This document shows, piece after piece, positions 51,467 to 60,986 of a stretch of 64,000 bases of DNA. The position numbers and the translations under genes were made by a program. The stretch lies in contig JAFWQX010000084.1 of assembly GCA_017508875.1 (NCBI GenBank), positions 2,506 to 66,505 on the forward strand, written 5' to 3'. This DNA is from Clostridia bacterium (GTDB lineage Bacteria; Bacillota; Clostridia; UBA1212; UBA1255). How positions within the stretch are numbered: position 1 is the first letter of the stretch; each line of letters starts with the position of its first letter. The notes beneath the pieces were generated by a model that was given only the letters and a program-made list of their open reading frames with translations, searched no databases and was not told where the DNA came from.

Positions 51467-52786
51467 ATGAGCGACTATTTTCATTCTATCGTATTAGAAG
51501 AAGAACTTTGCAAAGGCTGCACCAACTGTATTAAAAAGTGCCCTACGGATGCTATCCGCGTACAGTCCGGAAAAGCGAGAATAATGAAAGAACGCTGTAT
51601 CGACTGCGGCGAATGTGTACGTACCTGCCCGTATAAAGCGAAAGTGGCCGTTACCGATCCGCTCGAAAAGATGGCTGATTTCAAATATACGATCGCACTT
51701 CCGGCGCCTACGCTGTATCTTCAGTACGATATTTCAAAATTCGGACGCGATAAGATCATGACCGCTCTTAAAATGATCGGTTTTGATTACGTTTACGAAG
51801 TTGCAAGAGGCGCTGAGATCGTAACGAAGGCCAGCAATATCTATCTGGATAAAAACAAAGAGACGAGGCCGATGATCTCATCCGCATGTCCCGCGATCGT
51901 CCGGCTTATACAGGTAAGATTCCCGAGCCTTATCCCGCAGATCATGCCTATAAAATCTCCAATGGAAGTTTCTGCGGACAATGCAAGGCGCGAATTCTGC
52001 GAAAAGAATCCGGGGGTAACGCCTGACGAGATCGGAGTATTCTTTATTTCCCCCTGCGCCGCTAAAATGACGAGCGTCAGAAATCCCATAGAAGTCAGTA
52101 AATCGGCGGTCAACGGCGTTTTTTCCATTAAAAGTTTATATTTTAAACTGCTCAAACAGATGGGAAAAATAAAGGAGCCGCTCAACATTTTACAGGCCGG
52201 CTTCAGCGGAGTGAGATGGGCAACGATCGGCGGCGAAGCCAAAGGGATCGAATCGGATAATATCTTATATGTTGACGGCGTCCAGAACGTAATTAAAATA
52301 CTTGAACAGCTCGAAGACGATAAGCTTACAGACGTGGACTTTATTGAAGCCGCTGCCTGCCCTGGAGGCTGCCTGGGCGGACCGCTTACCGTCGAAAATA
52401 TGTACGTGGCCAGGACCCGTAACTTCCGGTTCAAATCGATGCTTCCGAAACTCCTTAATGAGGTGTCCGATGTCGAACTGGAAAATACAGAATTCGAACG
52501 TGCGCCGGAACATATCGACGTCACTACACTGGACGAAGATATTACTAAAGCGATGCAGAAACTAAGAAACATGGACGAACTGTACAAGATGCTGCCCGCG
52601 CTCGACTGCGGCGCCTGCGGAGCACCCACGTGCAGAGCGCTCTCGGAAGATATTGTCCGCGGAAAGGCAAAACTAACGGACTGCGTCTTTGTCCTTAAAG
52701 ACCGCGTGAGAAATCTCGCTAAAGAAATGATGGAACTGGAAGGAATGCTTCCTCCTACGCTTGATAACAAAGCAGAAGGAAGATAG
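51467..52786 (+). CDS. sensory-type [FeFe]-hydrogenase-like protein (two 4Fe-4S ferredoxin motifs, an H-cluster-like domain and a C-terminal Cys4 motif)
   Basis: CKGCTNCIKKCP and CIDCGECVRTCP ferredoxin motifs. H-cluster-like L1 SSACP, L2 SPCAAK and L3 EAAACPGGCLGGP. The C-terminus has CGACGAPTC...C. Confidence 0.8.
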   Translation: MSDYFHSIVLEEELCKGCTNCIKKCPTDAIRVQSGKARIMKERCIDCGECVRTCPYKAKVAVTDPLEKMADFKYTIALPAPTLYLQYDISKFGRDKIMTALKMIGFDYVYEVARGAEIVTKASNIYLDKNKETRPMISSACPAIVRLIQVRFPSLIPQIMPIKSPMEVSADNARREFCEKNPGVTPDEIGVFFISPCAAKMTSVRNPIEVSKSAVNGVFSIKSLYFKLLKQMGKIKEPLNILQAGFSGVRWATIGGEAKGIESDNILYVDGVQNVIKILEQLEDDKLTDVDFIEAAACPGGCLGGPLTVENMYVARTRNFRFKSMLPKLLNEVSDVELENTEFERAPEHIDVTTLDEDITKAMQKLRNMDELYKMLPALDCGACGAPTCRALSEDIVRGKAKLTDCVFVLKDRVRNLAKEMMELEGMLPPTLDNKAEGR

Positions 52787-52816
52787 CTATAATTATCGAA
52801 AAGAGGTACTTTTTAA

Positions 52817-53152
52817 ATGACTGTTAAAGAAGTTGCTGAAAAACTCGGCTTTTCAATTTTAACCGGCGACGGCGAGCGCGAGATCACAGGTTTCTACGCC
52901 TGCGACCTGCTCAGCTGGGTCATATCGCACGCCAAAAACGGAGATATGTGGGTAACGGTAATGAACAATATCAATATCCTTGCCGTCGCTTCACTCGTAG
53001 ACGTTGCGTGTATCGTTATTCCCGAAGGCGTAGAGATTTACGACAATCTCGCCGAAAGAGCAAACGAGAAGGGTATCACGATCCTGGCTACTGAACTCAG
53101 TGCCGCTGACGCGGTTATTAAAACGCACGACCTCATCAACGGTAATATTTGA
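52817..53152 (+). CDS. DRTGG-domain protein (111 aa), paralogue of the 50666 gene
   Basis: Similar architecture and motifs (ILAVASLVDVACIV...ITILAT). Confidence 0.8.
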   Translation: MTVKEVAEKLGFSILTGDGEREITGFYACDLLSWVISHAKNGDMWVTVMNNINILAVASLVDVACIVIPEGVEIYDNLAERANEKGITILATELSAADAVIKTHDLINGNI

Positions 53153-53155
53153 ACT

Positions 53156-53896
53156 ATGGAAAAGTTTGGCATCCGTGTCGATCTGCATATGCATTCATGT
53201 CTGTCGCCCTGCGGCGACATGGAAATGACGCCGGCTAATCTGGTCGGACTCGCCGCTCTGGGAGGCCTGGATGCCATTGCCCTCACCGATCATAATATCA
53301 CACTCAACGTTCCCGCGGCTGTCAGAGCCGGAAAAGAATACGGCATAACCGTTGTCCCAGGAATGGAACTTGAAACTGTCGAGGAAGTACACGTTGTATG
53401 CCTTTTTCCGGATCTCGAAAAACTTGATGAATTCCAGAAGCTCGTCACAGAGTCATATACTCAGATACCGAATAAACCCGAGATCTTCGGCGAGCAGGTG
53501 ATAATGGACGAGAACGACGAGATCCTCGGATATTATCCGAATATGCTTCTTTCTCCTACCGGTCTAAGTATAGACGAAGCCATCCCGATGGTACTTGAAA
53601 TGGGCGGAATTGCATATCCCGCTCACGTTGACCGCGATTCATTCAGCGTGCTGTCCAATCTAGGCGCCATGCCGTTTGATTATCCGCTGGAATTTGCCGA
53701 AATTTCATACGAATGCGATCTGGACGCACTGTATGAAAAATTCCCGTTTATGAAAAAATATACGCTTATCCATGCTTCTGATGCGCATTATCCGCAGTTT
53801 ATCGCCGATCCCGGAGCGCTTTTAGAAGTGAGTGAGAATTCACCGAAAGGCATCATAGAAGCGCTCAGATCACTTCCCGGAGGTATGATACTATGA
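53156..53896 (+). CDS. PHP-domain (polymerase/histidinol-phosphatase-like) metal-dependent phosphoesterase
   Basis: RVDLHMHSCLSPCGD and later HAHVDRD, HASDAH are PHP motifs. Confidence 0.8.
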   Translation: MEKFGIRVDLHMHSCLSPCGDMEMTPANLVGLAALGGLDAIALTDHNITLNVPAAVRAGKEYGITVVPGMELETVEEVHVVCLFPDLEKLDEFQKLVTESYTQIPNKPEIFGEQVIMDENDEILGYYPNMLLSPTGLSIDEAIPMVLEMGGIAYPAHVDRDSFSVLSNLGAMPFDYPLEFAEISYECDLDALYEKFPFMKKYTLIHASDAHYPQFIADPGALLEVSENSPKGIIEALRSLPGGMIL

Positions 53897-54831
53897 AAAA
53901 AGCCTTGATTATGTTTATCGCCGCAGCTCTGTTCGTGAGCTGTGCATTCGGCTGCAACGTAAGTGATAATAACGATCCCGCGATCGACCCGCAGACTCTT
54001 AAACCCGCAACGTCCGAACCTTCACCGACCGGTGACGATACTGCTCCTACACCTGATATTACCGAAGCACCGGCGACGGATGCCCCGTCTGAAGTGCCGA
54101 CTGAAGAGCCTACCGAGGTCATCACTCCTGAGCCGACCGAAGTTCCTACGCCGCGTCCGGAGACGGATTCTCTTAAATTTAAAAACTATCTCGATAAAGA
54201 AAACGGAAGCGTCCGGGATCTGTGCTATTTTTCCGACGACGCGAATCCGGGATATAAGGAGAACGTGCTGGCAAATATTTTTGACAGCGACGACAGGACA
54301 TACTGGTCAGTACTTAACAACGACCTTGACCTCACGCTCGATATTAATTTCAGCGTTCCTGTATATATTAACCGCCTCGATAACTGGTGGTACACCTTAA
54401 ATAAGATCTATTTTTATAAAGTTGCGGTCAAACTCGTGGGAAGCGATGAATTTACCGAAGTCGTTGACCGCAGCACCAAGAGCATTTCGGATGAGACGAC
54501 GGACAATATAAATATCGGGCCGGTGGAAGTTGTTCGTTACTATTTCTTTGACAACAACATGTTGAACAAATGGGTCCAGTTCGCCGAGCTGTACATCCGC
54601 GGTATGACGTTCACTTCCGATACTTTTGAGATTGATTTCGTTAATAAGACCGTCCGGATCCCGGGGGAGATGAGCAGCGAAGACTTCCTCGCCGGCTTGA
54701 ATTTTATCGGAACCTATAAAGTAGCCATCGGATTTATTGAAGACCAGGTGGGGCTTGTGACCGATTCGTCAGTCCTGCGCGTAAGCGTGAAAGACGTTAC
54801 CGATGATTTTATGATCGAATATATTCGCTGA
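53893..54831 (+). CDS. lipoprotein with a Pro/Thr/Glu-rich linker and a C-terminal discoidin (F5/8 type C)-like domain
   Basis: A signal peptide with a Cys lipobox (VSCAFGC), PTEVPTEEPTEV repeats and a DDRTYWS motif. Confidence 0.55.
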   Translation: MKKALIMFIAAALFVSCAFGCNVSDNNDPAIDPQTLKPATSEPSPTGDDTAPTPDITEAPATDAPSEVPTEEPTEVITPEPTEVPTPRPETDSLKFKNYLDKENGSVRDLCYFSDDANPGYKENVLANIFDSDDRTYWSVLNNDLDLTLDINFSVPVYINRLDNWWYTLNKIYFYKVAVKLVGSDEFTEVVDRSTKSISDETTDNINIGPVEVVRYYFFDNNMLNKWVQFAELYIRGMTFTSDTFEIDFVNKTVRIPGEMSSEDFLAGLNFIGTYKVAIGFIEDQVGLVTDSSVLRVSVKDVTDDFMIEYIR

Positions 54832-54837
54832 ATAATG

Positions 54838-54863
54838 CGCCGCTTCGCCGGCGGTTCTTTTTT
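54838..54863 (+). terminator. rho-independent terminator (cgccg/cggcg stem plus T-run)
   Basis: A GC stem at 54838-54853 followed by ttcttttttt. It lies inside the tracked N-terminal extension of the next ORF, which argues for the later start. Confidence 0.6.
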
Positions 54864-54873
54864 GGGGCATTTT

Positions 54874-55596
54874 ATGAAAATCATACAAAAAATATCTGAG
54901 AAATCAAAAGATCTGTTCGGTAAACCAGCCGCTACGATCGCTTTTCTGGGCGACAGCGTAACGCAGGGCTGCTTTGAAATATACGAGATCGAACCGGGGC
55001 GGATCGAGACCGTTTTCGACCGGAATTCCGCATACCACACTTATCTCGGACAAATATTGACAAAACTGTATCCTTCCGCGACGGTCAATATAATCAACGC
55101 AGGTATTAGCGGAGACAACGCGCCCAACGGTTTTAACAGGCTCGAGCGCGACGTTTTAAGATATTCACCTGATCTTGTTGTCGTGTGTTTCGGGCTCAAC
55201 GATTCCGGACTCGGGCTTCAGGGGATCGGACAATACACGTCCGCTTTAAACAAGATATTCGTTTCGCTTAAAGAACATAATATCGAAATTATATTTATGA
55301 CTCCGAATACGATGTGTACACACGTCAGCCCCAATCTTAATTTCGAACTCGGCAGAAACGTTGCCGCCGGTCTGGCCTCGATACAGAACGACGGGATCCT
55401 CGATAAATATATTGAGGAAGCCGTTAAACTGTGCGAGCGGGAAAACGTTAAAGTTTGCGACTGCTATTCTCTCTGGAAAAAAATGGAGAAAAACGGCGTT
55501 AATACCACGGAACTGCTCGCAAATTACGTAAATCATCCCGACAGGGAAATGAACAAACTATTCGCTTTTAAACTTGCGGAGACTATGTTCGAATGA
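54874..55596 (+). CDS. SGNH/GDSL-family hydrolase
   Basis: The block-I motif FLGDSVTQG carries the catalytic Ser. The start was moved to the ATG 54874. Confidence 0.8.
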   Translation: MKIIQKISEKSKDLFGKPAATIAFLGDSVTQGCFEIYEIEPGRIETVFDRNSAYHTYLGQILTKLYPSATVNIINAGISGDNAPNGFNRLERDVLRYSPDLVVVCFGLNDSGLGLQGIGQYTSALNKIFVSLKEHNIEIIFMTPNTMCTHVSPNLNFELGRNVAAGLASIQNDGILDKYIEEAVKLCERENVKVCDCYSLWKKMEKNGVNTTELLANYVNHPDREMNKLFAFKLAETMFE

Positions 55597-56810
55597 CAGA
55601 TACTTCATATTCCGGCAGGCCTGATACAAAGCTGTATTTAGAATATCGAAATGATCCGGGACCAATCACGGACGCAGCTTCAGAAGACGCACGTGCTTTG
55701 CGTTACGCATTATTTGAAAACGGAAAACTCACTGAATATTCAGATATAACTAATGCCCAACCTGCCGCAGGCAGTATTTATGCCGGAAGGACCGGCGACT
55801 TTATTAAAAACACTTCCTCGGCCTTCGTAATATTAAAAGAGCAAAGCAAAGGAACGTTAAGAGGATACCTTCCGAGCGACAAATACCGTCCAGGAGACGC
55901 CGTGCTGGTTCAGGTCAAAGCACCGGAGACTTCTAAAAAATTGTGCCGCCTTACCGACAGCCCGGCGATCTCCGGACAATATACAGTTTTATTACTTAAC
56001 GCCGCATCGGATAAGGTCAACGTTTCCGCAAAACTTTCTGACCTGTCCGTACTCGATCATTTAAAACAGCTCGGAAATGAACTCCTAAAGCAATTAAACG
56101 CGTCGTGTAAAATGCCCGTACCGGGCGGTATCATTATGCGTACCGCAGCTGCCGCAGCCCCGGATGCTGATATCATTGCTGACTGGAAAAAACTCTGCGA
56201 CATTGCCCGGAATGTAATGTCCGGTTATCTGGCCGCTTCCCAAAACGGGACGCTGGGGCTGCTTTATCAGGAGGACAGAACACAGGCGCTTATCTCAAAG
56301 TACGTAGCTGATCCCGCATGTACGATCTACGTGAATTCGGCACTGATAAAAAATGAAATTATGAGCGGCTTAAAAGCTTTTCCTGCGTGCGTGTTTGTTG
56401 CTGACTCCGAAGCGCTTTTCGAAAAATACGGGATCGCTCGCGAATATGCAAAAATATCAGGAAGGACCGTAAATCTACCGTCAGGAGGAAATATCGTGAT
56501 CGACCGTACAGAGGCATTGACGGTATTCGACGTCAATACTGCGTCTTCCGTGCGCGCCTCTTCGCGGCGTGAACTGATACTTAATACGAACCTCGAGGCA
56601 GTCGAAGAAATTGCCCGCCAGCTGCGTCTTCGGTCAATAACCGGTATGGTCGTATGCGACTTCATAAATATGGATCATGAGCCGGACGGGCAGCTTGTTA
56701 TTGACCGGATGCGAGAATTTACAAGGTACGATCCCGCGCCTGTGACGGTCCACGGATTTACCAGGCTAAAACTGCTTGAATTAGTCAGATCGCGCACTGT
56801 TCATGCTTGA
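55593..56810 (+). CDS. RNase E/G-family protein (S1 domain plus catalytic domain, atypical N-terminus)
   Basis: An S1-like GSIYAGRTGDFIKNTSSAFVIL, and the C-terminal LRSITGMVVCDFINM resembles the RNase E/G DNase-I-like region. Confidence 0.6.
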   Translation: MTDTSYSGRPDTKLYLEYRNDPGPITDAASEDARALRYALFENGKLTEYSDITNAQPAAGSIYAGRTGDFIKNTSSAFVILKEQSKGTLRGYLPSDKYRPGDAVLVQVKAPETSKKLCRLTDSPAISGQYTVLLLNAASDKVNVSAKLSDLSVLDHLKQLGNELLKQLNASCKMPVPGGIIMRTAAAAAPDADIIADWKKLCDIARNVMSGYLAASQNGTLGLLYQEDRTQALISKYVADPACTIYVNSALIKNEIMSGLKAFPACVFVADSEALFEKYGIAREYAKISGRTVNLPSGGNIVIDRTEALTVFDVNTASSVRASSRRELILNTNLEAVEEIARQLRLRSITGMVVCDFINMDHEPDGQLVIDRMREFTRYDPAPVTVHGFTRLKLLELVRSRTVHA

Positions 56811-56865
56811 CAAATCTGCGCAAAAGGACTATTATCATCAAAGAATTCAATAACGGAGGATTGAT

Positions 56866-58845
56866 TTGTCCATGTCACTTTCAACGATAGTTTCACTCTC
56901 ACACGAATATGGTTCCGATCCCGCTTTCGTACTTGCGGGCGGAGGTAACACCTCTTTCAAGACCAAAGATTACCTGTACGTAAAAGGTTCCGGAACGACC
57001 CTCGCTACGATCACTGAAGAAGGCTTTGTTAAAATGAACAGAGCAAAGCTGAGCGCGATGTTCGATAAGCGTTATCCGAAAGATCAGGCACGCCGCGAAG
57101 CGCTCGTACTTGAGGATATGATGGACGCGAAAGAAAAATCCGAAGCGGGGAAACGTCCGAGTGTTGAAACTCTTCTTCATAATCTCATTAATTATACTTA
57201 CGTAGTTCATACGCATCCTGCGGAAATGAACGGACTTACGTGCGGCGTAAACGGTAAACGCGCGGCTAAGCGTCTGTTCGGCGACGAATTCGTTTGGGTC
57301 GATCTTTGCGAACCCGGATACGTGCTCGCGAGCGAACTGAAGAAAAAGATGGAACGCTATAAGGCCGAAAAGGGTAAGGACGCTGATTTTATCATCCTCC
57401 AGAACCACGGCATTTTTATCGCTGCGGATACTAAAAAAGATATTGAAAATAAGACTAAGCAGATCTTCACCGTGCTTCGCTCCAAACTCAGAAAGACTCC
57501 CGATTTCAGCGAAGTCGAATTTGATAAAGAAAGAGCCGCCTTCATTGCACCGGCCATCAGAATGATGCTTTCAGAAGGCGAGCAGAAGATCATCGTTACG
57601 TTCAGGACTAATAAGCAGATCATGCAGTTCGTGAAAGACGAAGAAAGCTTCTATCCTGTATCTTCCGCATTCTCGCCCGATCATATCGTTTACTGCAAAC
57701 CTTATCCGCTTTACGTAAAAGCCGCTGAAAATATTGACGACCAGTATCTGCTCATTCAGAACGGTATCGCCGGTTATAAAGAAAAGTACGGATTTGCACC
57801 CAGGATCGTTGCCGTTCAGAATCTCGGTATTTTCGCGTGCGGATCCAGCAAGAAGAACGCTGATATCTGCGCTGACGTTTTCAACGATACCTGCAAGATC
57901 GGCGTTTACAGCCAGAACTTCGGCGGACCGCTCTTTATGACTCAGTACATGATCGATTTCATCTGCAACTGGGAAGTCGAGTCCTACCGTTCTAAAGTAT
58001 CGCTCGGCGGCGGAGCATCGAAGAGACTCGCTGAAAAGATCGCCATCGTTACGGGAAGCGCTCAGGGCTTCGGACAGGGGATCGCAGAACATATGCTTGA
58101 AGAAGGCGCTAACGTCGTTATCGCAGACCTTAACTACGACCTCGCTAAGCAGAACAGCGATAATATGAACGCTAAATTCGGAAAGAACCGCACCATCGCA
58201 TGCAAGGCGGACGTAGGCGACGAAGCTTTTGTTACCGATATGGTTTATTCTACTGTCCTTGCTTACGGCGGACTTGATATCTTCGTAAATAACGCCGGTA
58301 TCGCGATCGCCGGATCACTTGAAGAAATGACCCAGCAGAGATTTGAACTTGTCACGAAGATAAACTACACTGCGTACTATCTCTGCTCGAAGCTTGCTTC
58401 GCGCATAATGAAGATTCAGCACAGATTCGCTCCTGACTATTATATGGACATCATCCAGATCAACTCCAAGTCAGGCCTCGCCGGTTCGAACAAGAACTTC
58501 GCTTACGCAGGCAGTAAATTCGGCGGTATCGGACTTACGCAGAGCTTCGCGCTTGAACTTGTTCCATATAATATCAAGGTCAACGCCATCTGCCCCGGAA
58601 ATCTGCTCAACGGTCCTTTGTGGTCTGACCCTGTTAAAGGCCTTTTCGTACAGTATTTCAAGGCCGGAAAAGTTCCCGGCGCTAAGAGCGTTGAAGACGT
58701 AAGACGTTACTACGAAGAAAAAGTTCCGATGCACAGAGGTTGCGAGATCATTGACGTCGCGAGAGCTATATTCTACATCGTAGAACAGAAATACGAGACC
58801 GGTCAGGCCGTTCCGGTAACAGGCGGCCAGGAGATGCTCAATTGA
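56866..58845 (+). CDS. bifunctional class-II aldolase/adducin-domain plus short-chain dehydrogenase protein (rhamnulose-1-phosphate-aldolase/SDR type)
   Basis: An N-terminal aldolase-II fold region and a C-terminal SDR with TGSAQGFGQG cofactor motif and YAGSK catalytic motif. Length 659 aa. Confidence 0.8.
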   Translation: MSMSLSTIVSLSHEYGSDPAFVLAGGGNTSFKTKDYLYVKGSGTTLATITEEGFVKMNRAKLSAMFDKRYPKDQARREALVLEDMMDAKEKSEAGKRPSVETLLHNLINYTYVVHTHPAEMNGLTCGVNGKRAAKRLFGDEFVWVDLCEPGYVLASELKKKMERYKAEKGKDADFIILQNHGIFIAADTKKDIENKTKQIFTVLRSKLRKTPDFSEVEFDKERAAFIAPAIRMMLSEGEQKIIVTFRTNKQIMQFVKDEESFYPVSSAFSPDHIVYCKPYPLYVKAAENIDDQYLLIQNGIAGYKEKYGFAPRIVAVQNLGIFACGSSKKNADICADVFNDTCKIGVYSQNFGGPLFMTQYMIDFICNWEVESYRSKVSLGGGASKRLAEKIAIVTGSAQGFGQGIAEHMLEEGANVVIADLNYDLAKQNSDNMNAKFGKNRTIACKADVGDEAFVTDMVYSTVLAYGGLDIFVNNAGIAIAGSLEEMTQQRFELVTKINYTAYYLCSKLASRIMKIQHRFAPDYYMDIIQINSKSGLAGSNKNFAYAGSKFGGIGLTQSFALELVPYNIKVNAICPGNLLNGPLWSDPVKGLFVQYFKAGKVPGAKSVEDVRRYYEEKVPMHRGCEIIDVARAIFYIVEQKYETGQAVPVTGGQEMLN

Positions 58846-58925
58846 TATACGGCAGAGCGATCAACCGTGCAGACGTCAGGCAAAAGATTATTGCCGGGCT
58901 GTGTTTTAAATAAGTTTTAACTGCT

Positions 58926-58959
58926 GCGGTAAGATGCCCGTAATCAGGCATTTTACCGC
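58926..58959 (+). other. strong 13-bp hairpin (gcggtaagatgcc/ggcattttaccgc) in the leader of the parE-like gene
   Basis: Read directly from the sequence. It has one G.U pair and an 8-nt loop. The downstream U-tract is weak, so it is not an obvious terminator. Confidence 0.5.
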
Positions 58960-58983
58960 TTTACTATGTTCAGGAGAGTTTAT

Positions 58984-60951
58984 ATGGCAAAGCAGTCATA
59001 CGGAAATGACAGTATTACTCAATTAAAAGGGCCCGACAGAGTCAGGCTTAGGCCGGCGTCGATTCTCGGCTCCGACAGCCTCGAAGGCTGCGAGCATACT
59101 TTCGTAGAGATCCTTGCAAACTCTATTGACGAGGCAAGGGAAGGATACGGAAAGGTAATAGAAGTTACCCGCTTTAAAGATCAGTCGATACAGGTGCGCG
59201 ACTACGGTCGCGGCTGCCCTCTCGATTATAACGAAAAAGAGGGAAGGTATAACTGGGAACTCGTTTATTGCGAGCTCTATGCAGGCGGAAAATATAACAA
59301 TAACGAAGGTGAAAACTACGAATACAGCCTCGGACTTAACGGCCTGGGCTCATGCGCAACGCAGTATTCGTCTGAATATATGGACGTTACCGTTTACAAG
59401 GACGGTTTTAAATATGATCTGCATTTTGAAAAAGGATATAATATCGGCGGTCTGAAAAAGGAGCCTACGCAGGAAAAACGCACCGGTACGATACAGAGAT
59501 GGAAGCCGGATCTCGAAGTTTTCACCGATATTGACATTCCGCTCGAGTTCTTTACGGACATGCTGAAGAAGCAGGCCGTTGTCAATGCCGGACTTACGTT
59601 TAAGCTTTACGACGAGCCTTCGAACCAGCGCTTTGAATACGTATATAAAAACGGCATCACGGACTATATGAAAGAATTGTCCCAGGAAAAAGAACTCACG
59701 CCGATACAGTTCTACGAGACTGAAACCAGAGGCCGCGACAGGGAGGATCTTCCGGAATACAAGCTGAAGATGCAGCTCGCATTCTGCTTCAACAATTACG
59801 TAAATCTTCTCGACTATTATCATAATTCAAGCTATCTCGTAAACGGCGGCTCCCCGGATAAAGCGGTACGCAACGCATTTACGAGCGAGATCGATAAATA
59901 TATCCGCGCCCAGGGCAAGTATAACAAGGACGAGAGCAAGATCACTTTCGCCGACGTTCAGGATTCGCTGATGGTCATCACTAACTCGTTCTCAACAATG
60001 ACGAGCTACGAGAACCAGACTAAAAAGGCCATCACTAATAAGTTTATACAGGAGGCAATGACCGACTTTATCCGCAAGCGCCTCGAGATCTATTTTATCG
60101 AGAACAAGATGGACGCGGATAAGATTATGGAGCAGGTGCTTATCAATAAGCGCAGCCGCGAATCCGCCGAAAAACAGCGTACGTCAATGAAAAAGAAGCT
60201 TTCCGGTAATATTGACATAAATAACCGTGTAAAGAAATTCGTTGACTGCCGCACCAAAGACGTCGATAAACGCGAACTCTATATAGTCGAGGGCGATTCC
60301 GCTTTAGGCTCCGTAAAAATGGGACGGGACAGCGAATTTCAGGCCGTCATGCCTGTGCGCGGAAAGATACTGAACTGCATGAAAGCGGAGTACGCCAGAA
60401 TATTTGAAAGCGAAATTATTACCAATCTCGTGCGCGTGCTCGGCTGCGGCGTAGAAATACAGAACAAGCACGCAAAAGACCTGTCGCTCTTCGATCTGCA
60501 GAACCTGCGCTGGAATAAGATCATAATCTGTACTGATGCTGACGTCGACGGCTTCCAGATCAGAACGCTGATACTGGCAATGCTTTACAGATTAACGCCG
60601 ACGCTCATAAGCGAAGGGAAAGTTTACATTGCCGAATCGCCGCTGTTCGAAATAACGCATAAGGGCAAAACGTACTTTGCATACGACGAAAAGGAAAAGG
60701 CGAAAATATTGTCCGGCCTCGACGGGAAAGCGACGATCCAGCGGTCAAAAGGTCTCGGTGAAAACGAACCCGAAATGATGTGGCAGACGACAATGAACCC
60801 TGCGACCAGGCGCCTGATCCGCGTTATGACCGACGATGCTAAAAAGACTTCGGATTACTTCGAAACTCTGCTGGGCGACGACCTGGACGGCAGAAAAGCG
60901 CTGATAGCCGAAAAAGGGCATCTGTACCTGGACGACCTCGACCTCGAATGA
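58984..60951 (+). CDS. parE: type IIA topoisomerase ATPase subunit (ParE/GyrB family)
   Basis: GHKL N-domain (ILANSIDEA), a TOPRIM region (EGDSA, DxDxDG) and a C-terminal tail. The start was moved to the ATG 58984 after RBS caggagag. Confidence 0.75.
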   Translation: MAKQSYGNDSITQLKGPDRVRLRPASILGSDSLEGCEHTFVEILANSIDEAREGYGKVIEVTRFKDQSIQVRDYGRGCPLDYNEKEGRYNWELVYCELYAGGKYNNNEGENYEYSLGLNGLGSCATQYSSEYMDVTVYKDGFKYDLHFEKGYNIGGLKKEPTQEKRTGTIQRWKPDLEVFTDIDIPLEFFTDMLKKQAVVNAGLTFKLYDEPSNQRFEYVYKNGITDYMKELSQEKELTPIQFYETETRGRDREDLPEYKLKMQLAFCFNNYVNLLDYYHNSSYLVNGGSPDKAVRNAFTSEIDKYIRAQGKYNKDESKITFADVQDSLMVITNSFSTMTSYENQTKKAITNKFIQEAMTDFIRKRLEIYFIENKMDADKIMEQVLINKRSRESAEKQRTSMKKKLSGNIDINNRVKKFVDCRTKDVDKRELYIVEGDSALGSVKMGRDSEFQAVMPVRGKILNCMKAEYARIFESEIITNLVRVLGCGVEIQNKHAKDLSLFDLQNLRWNKIIICTDADVDGFQIRTLILAMLYRLTPTLISEGKVYIAESPLFEITHKGKTYFAYDEKEKAKILSGLDGKATIQRSKGLGENEPEMMWQTTMNPATRRLIRVMTDDAKKTSDYFETLLGDDLDGRKALIAEKGHLYLDDLDLE

Positions 60952-60986
60952 AATACTGCTCCACCGAAGCAGAAAGGATACAATAA

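Noticed and set aside
53963-54400. 145-aa alternative-frame ORF rich in Arg/Pro
   Set aside because: It is an artefact of the P/T/E-rich repetitive linker of the lipoprotein gene read in another frame.
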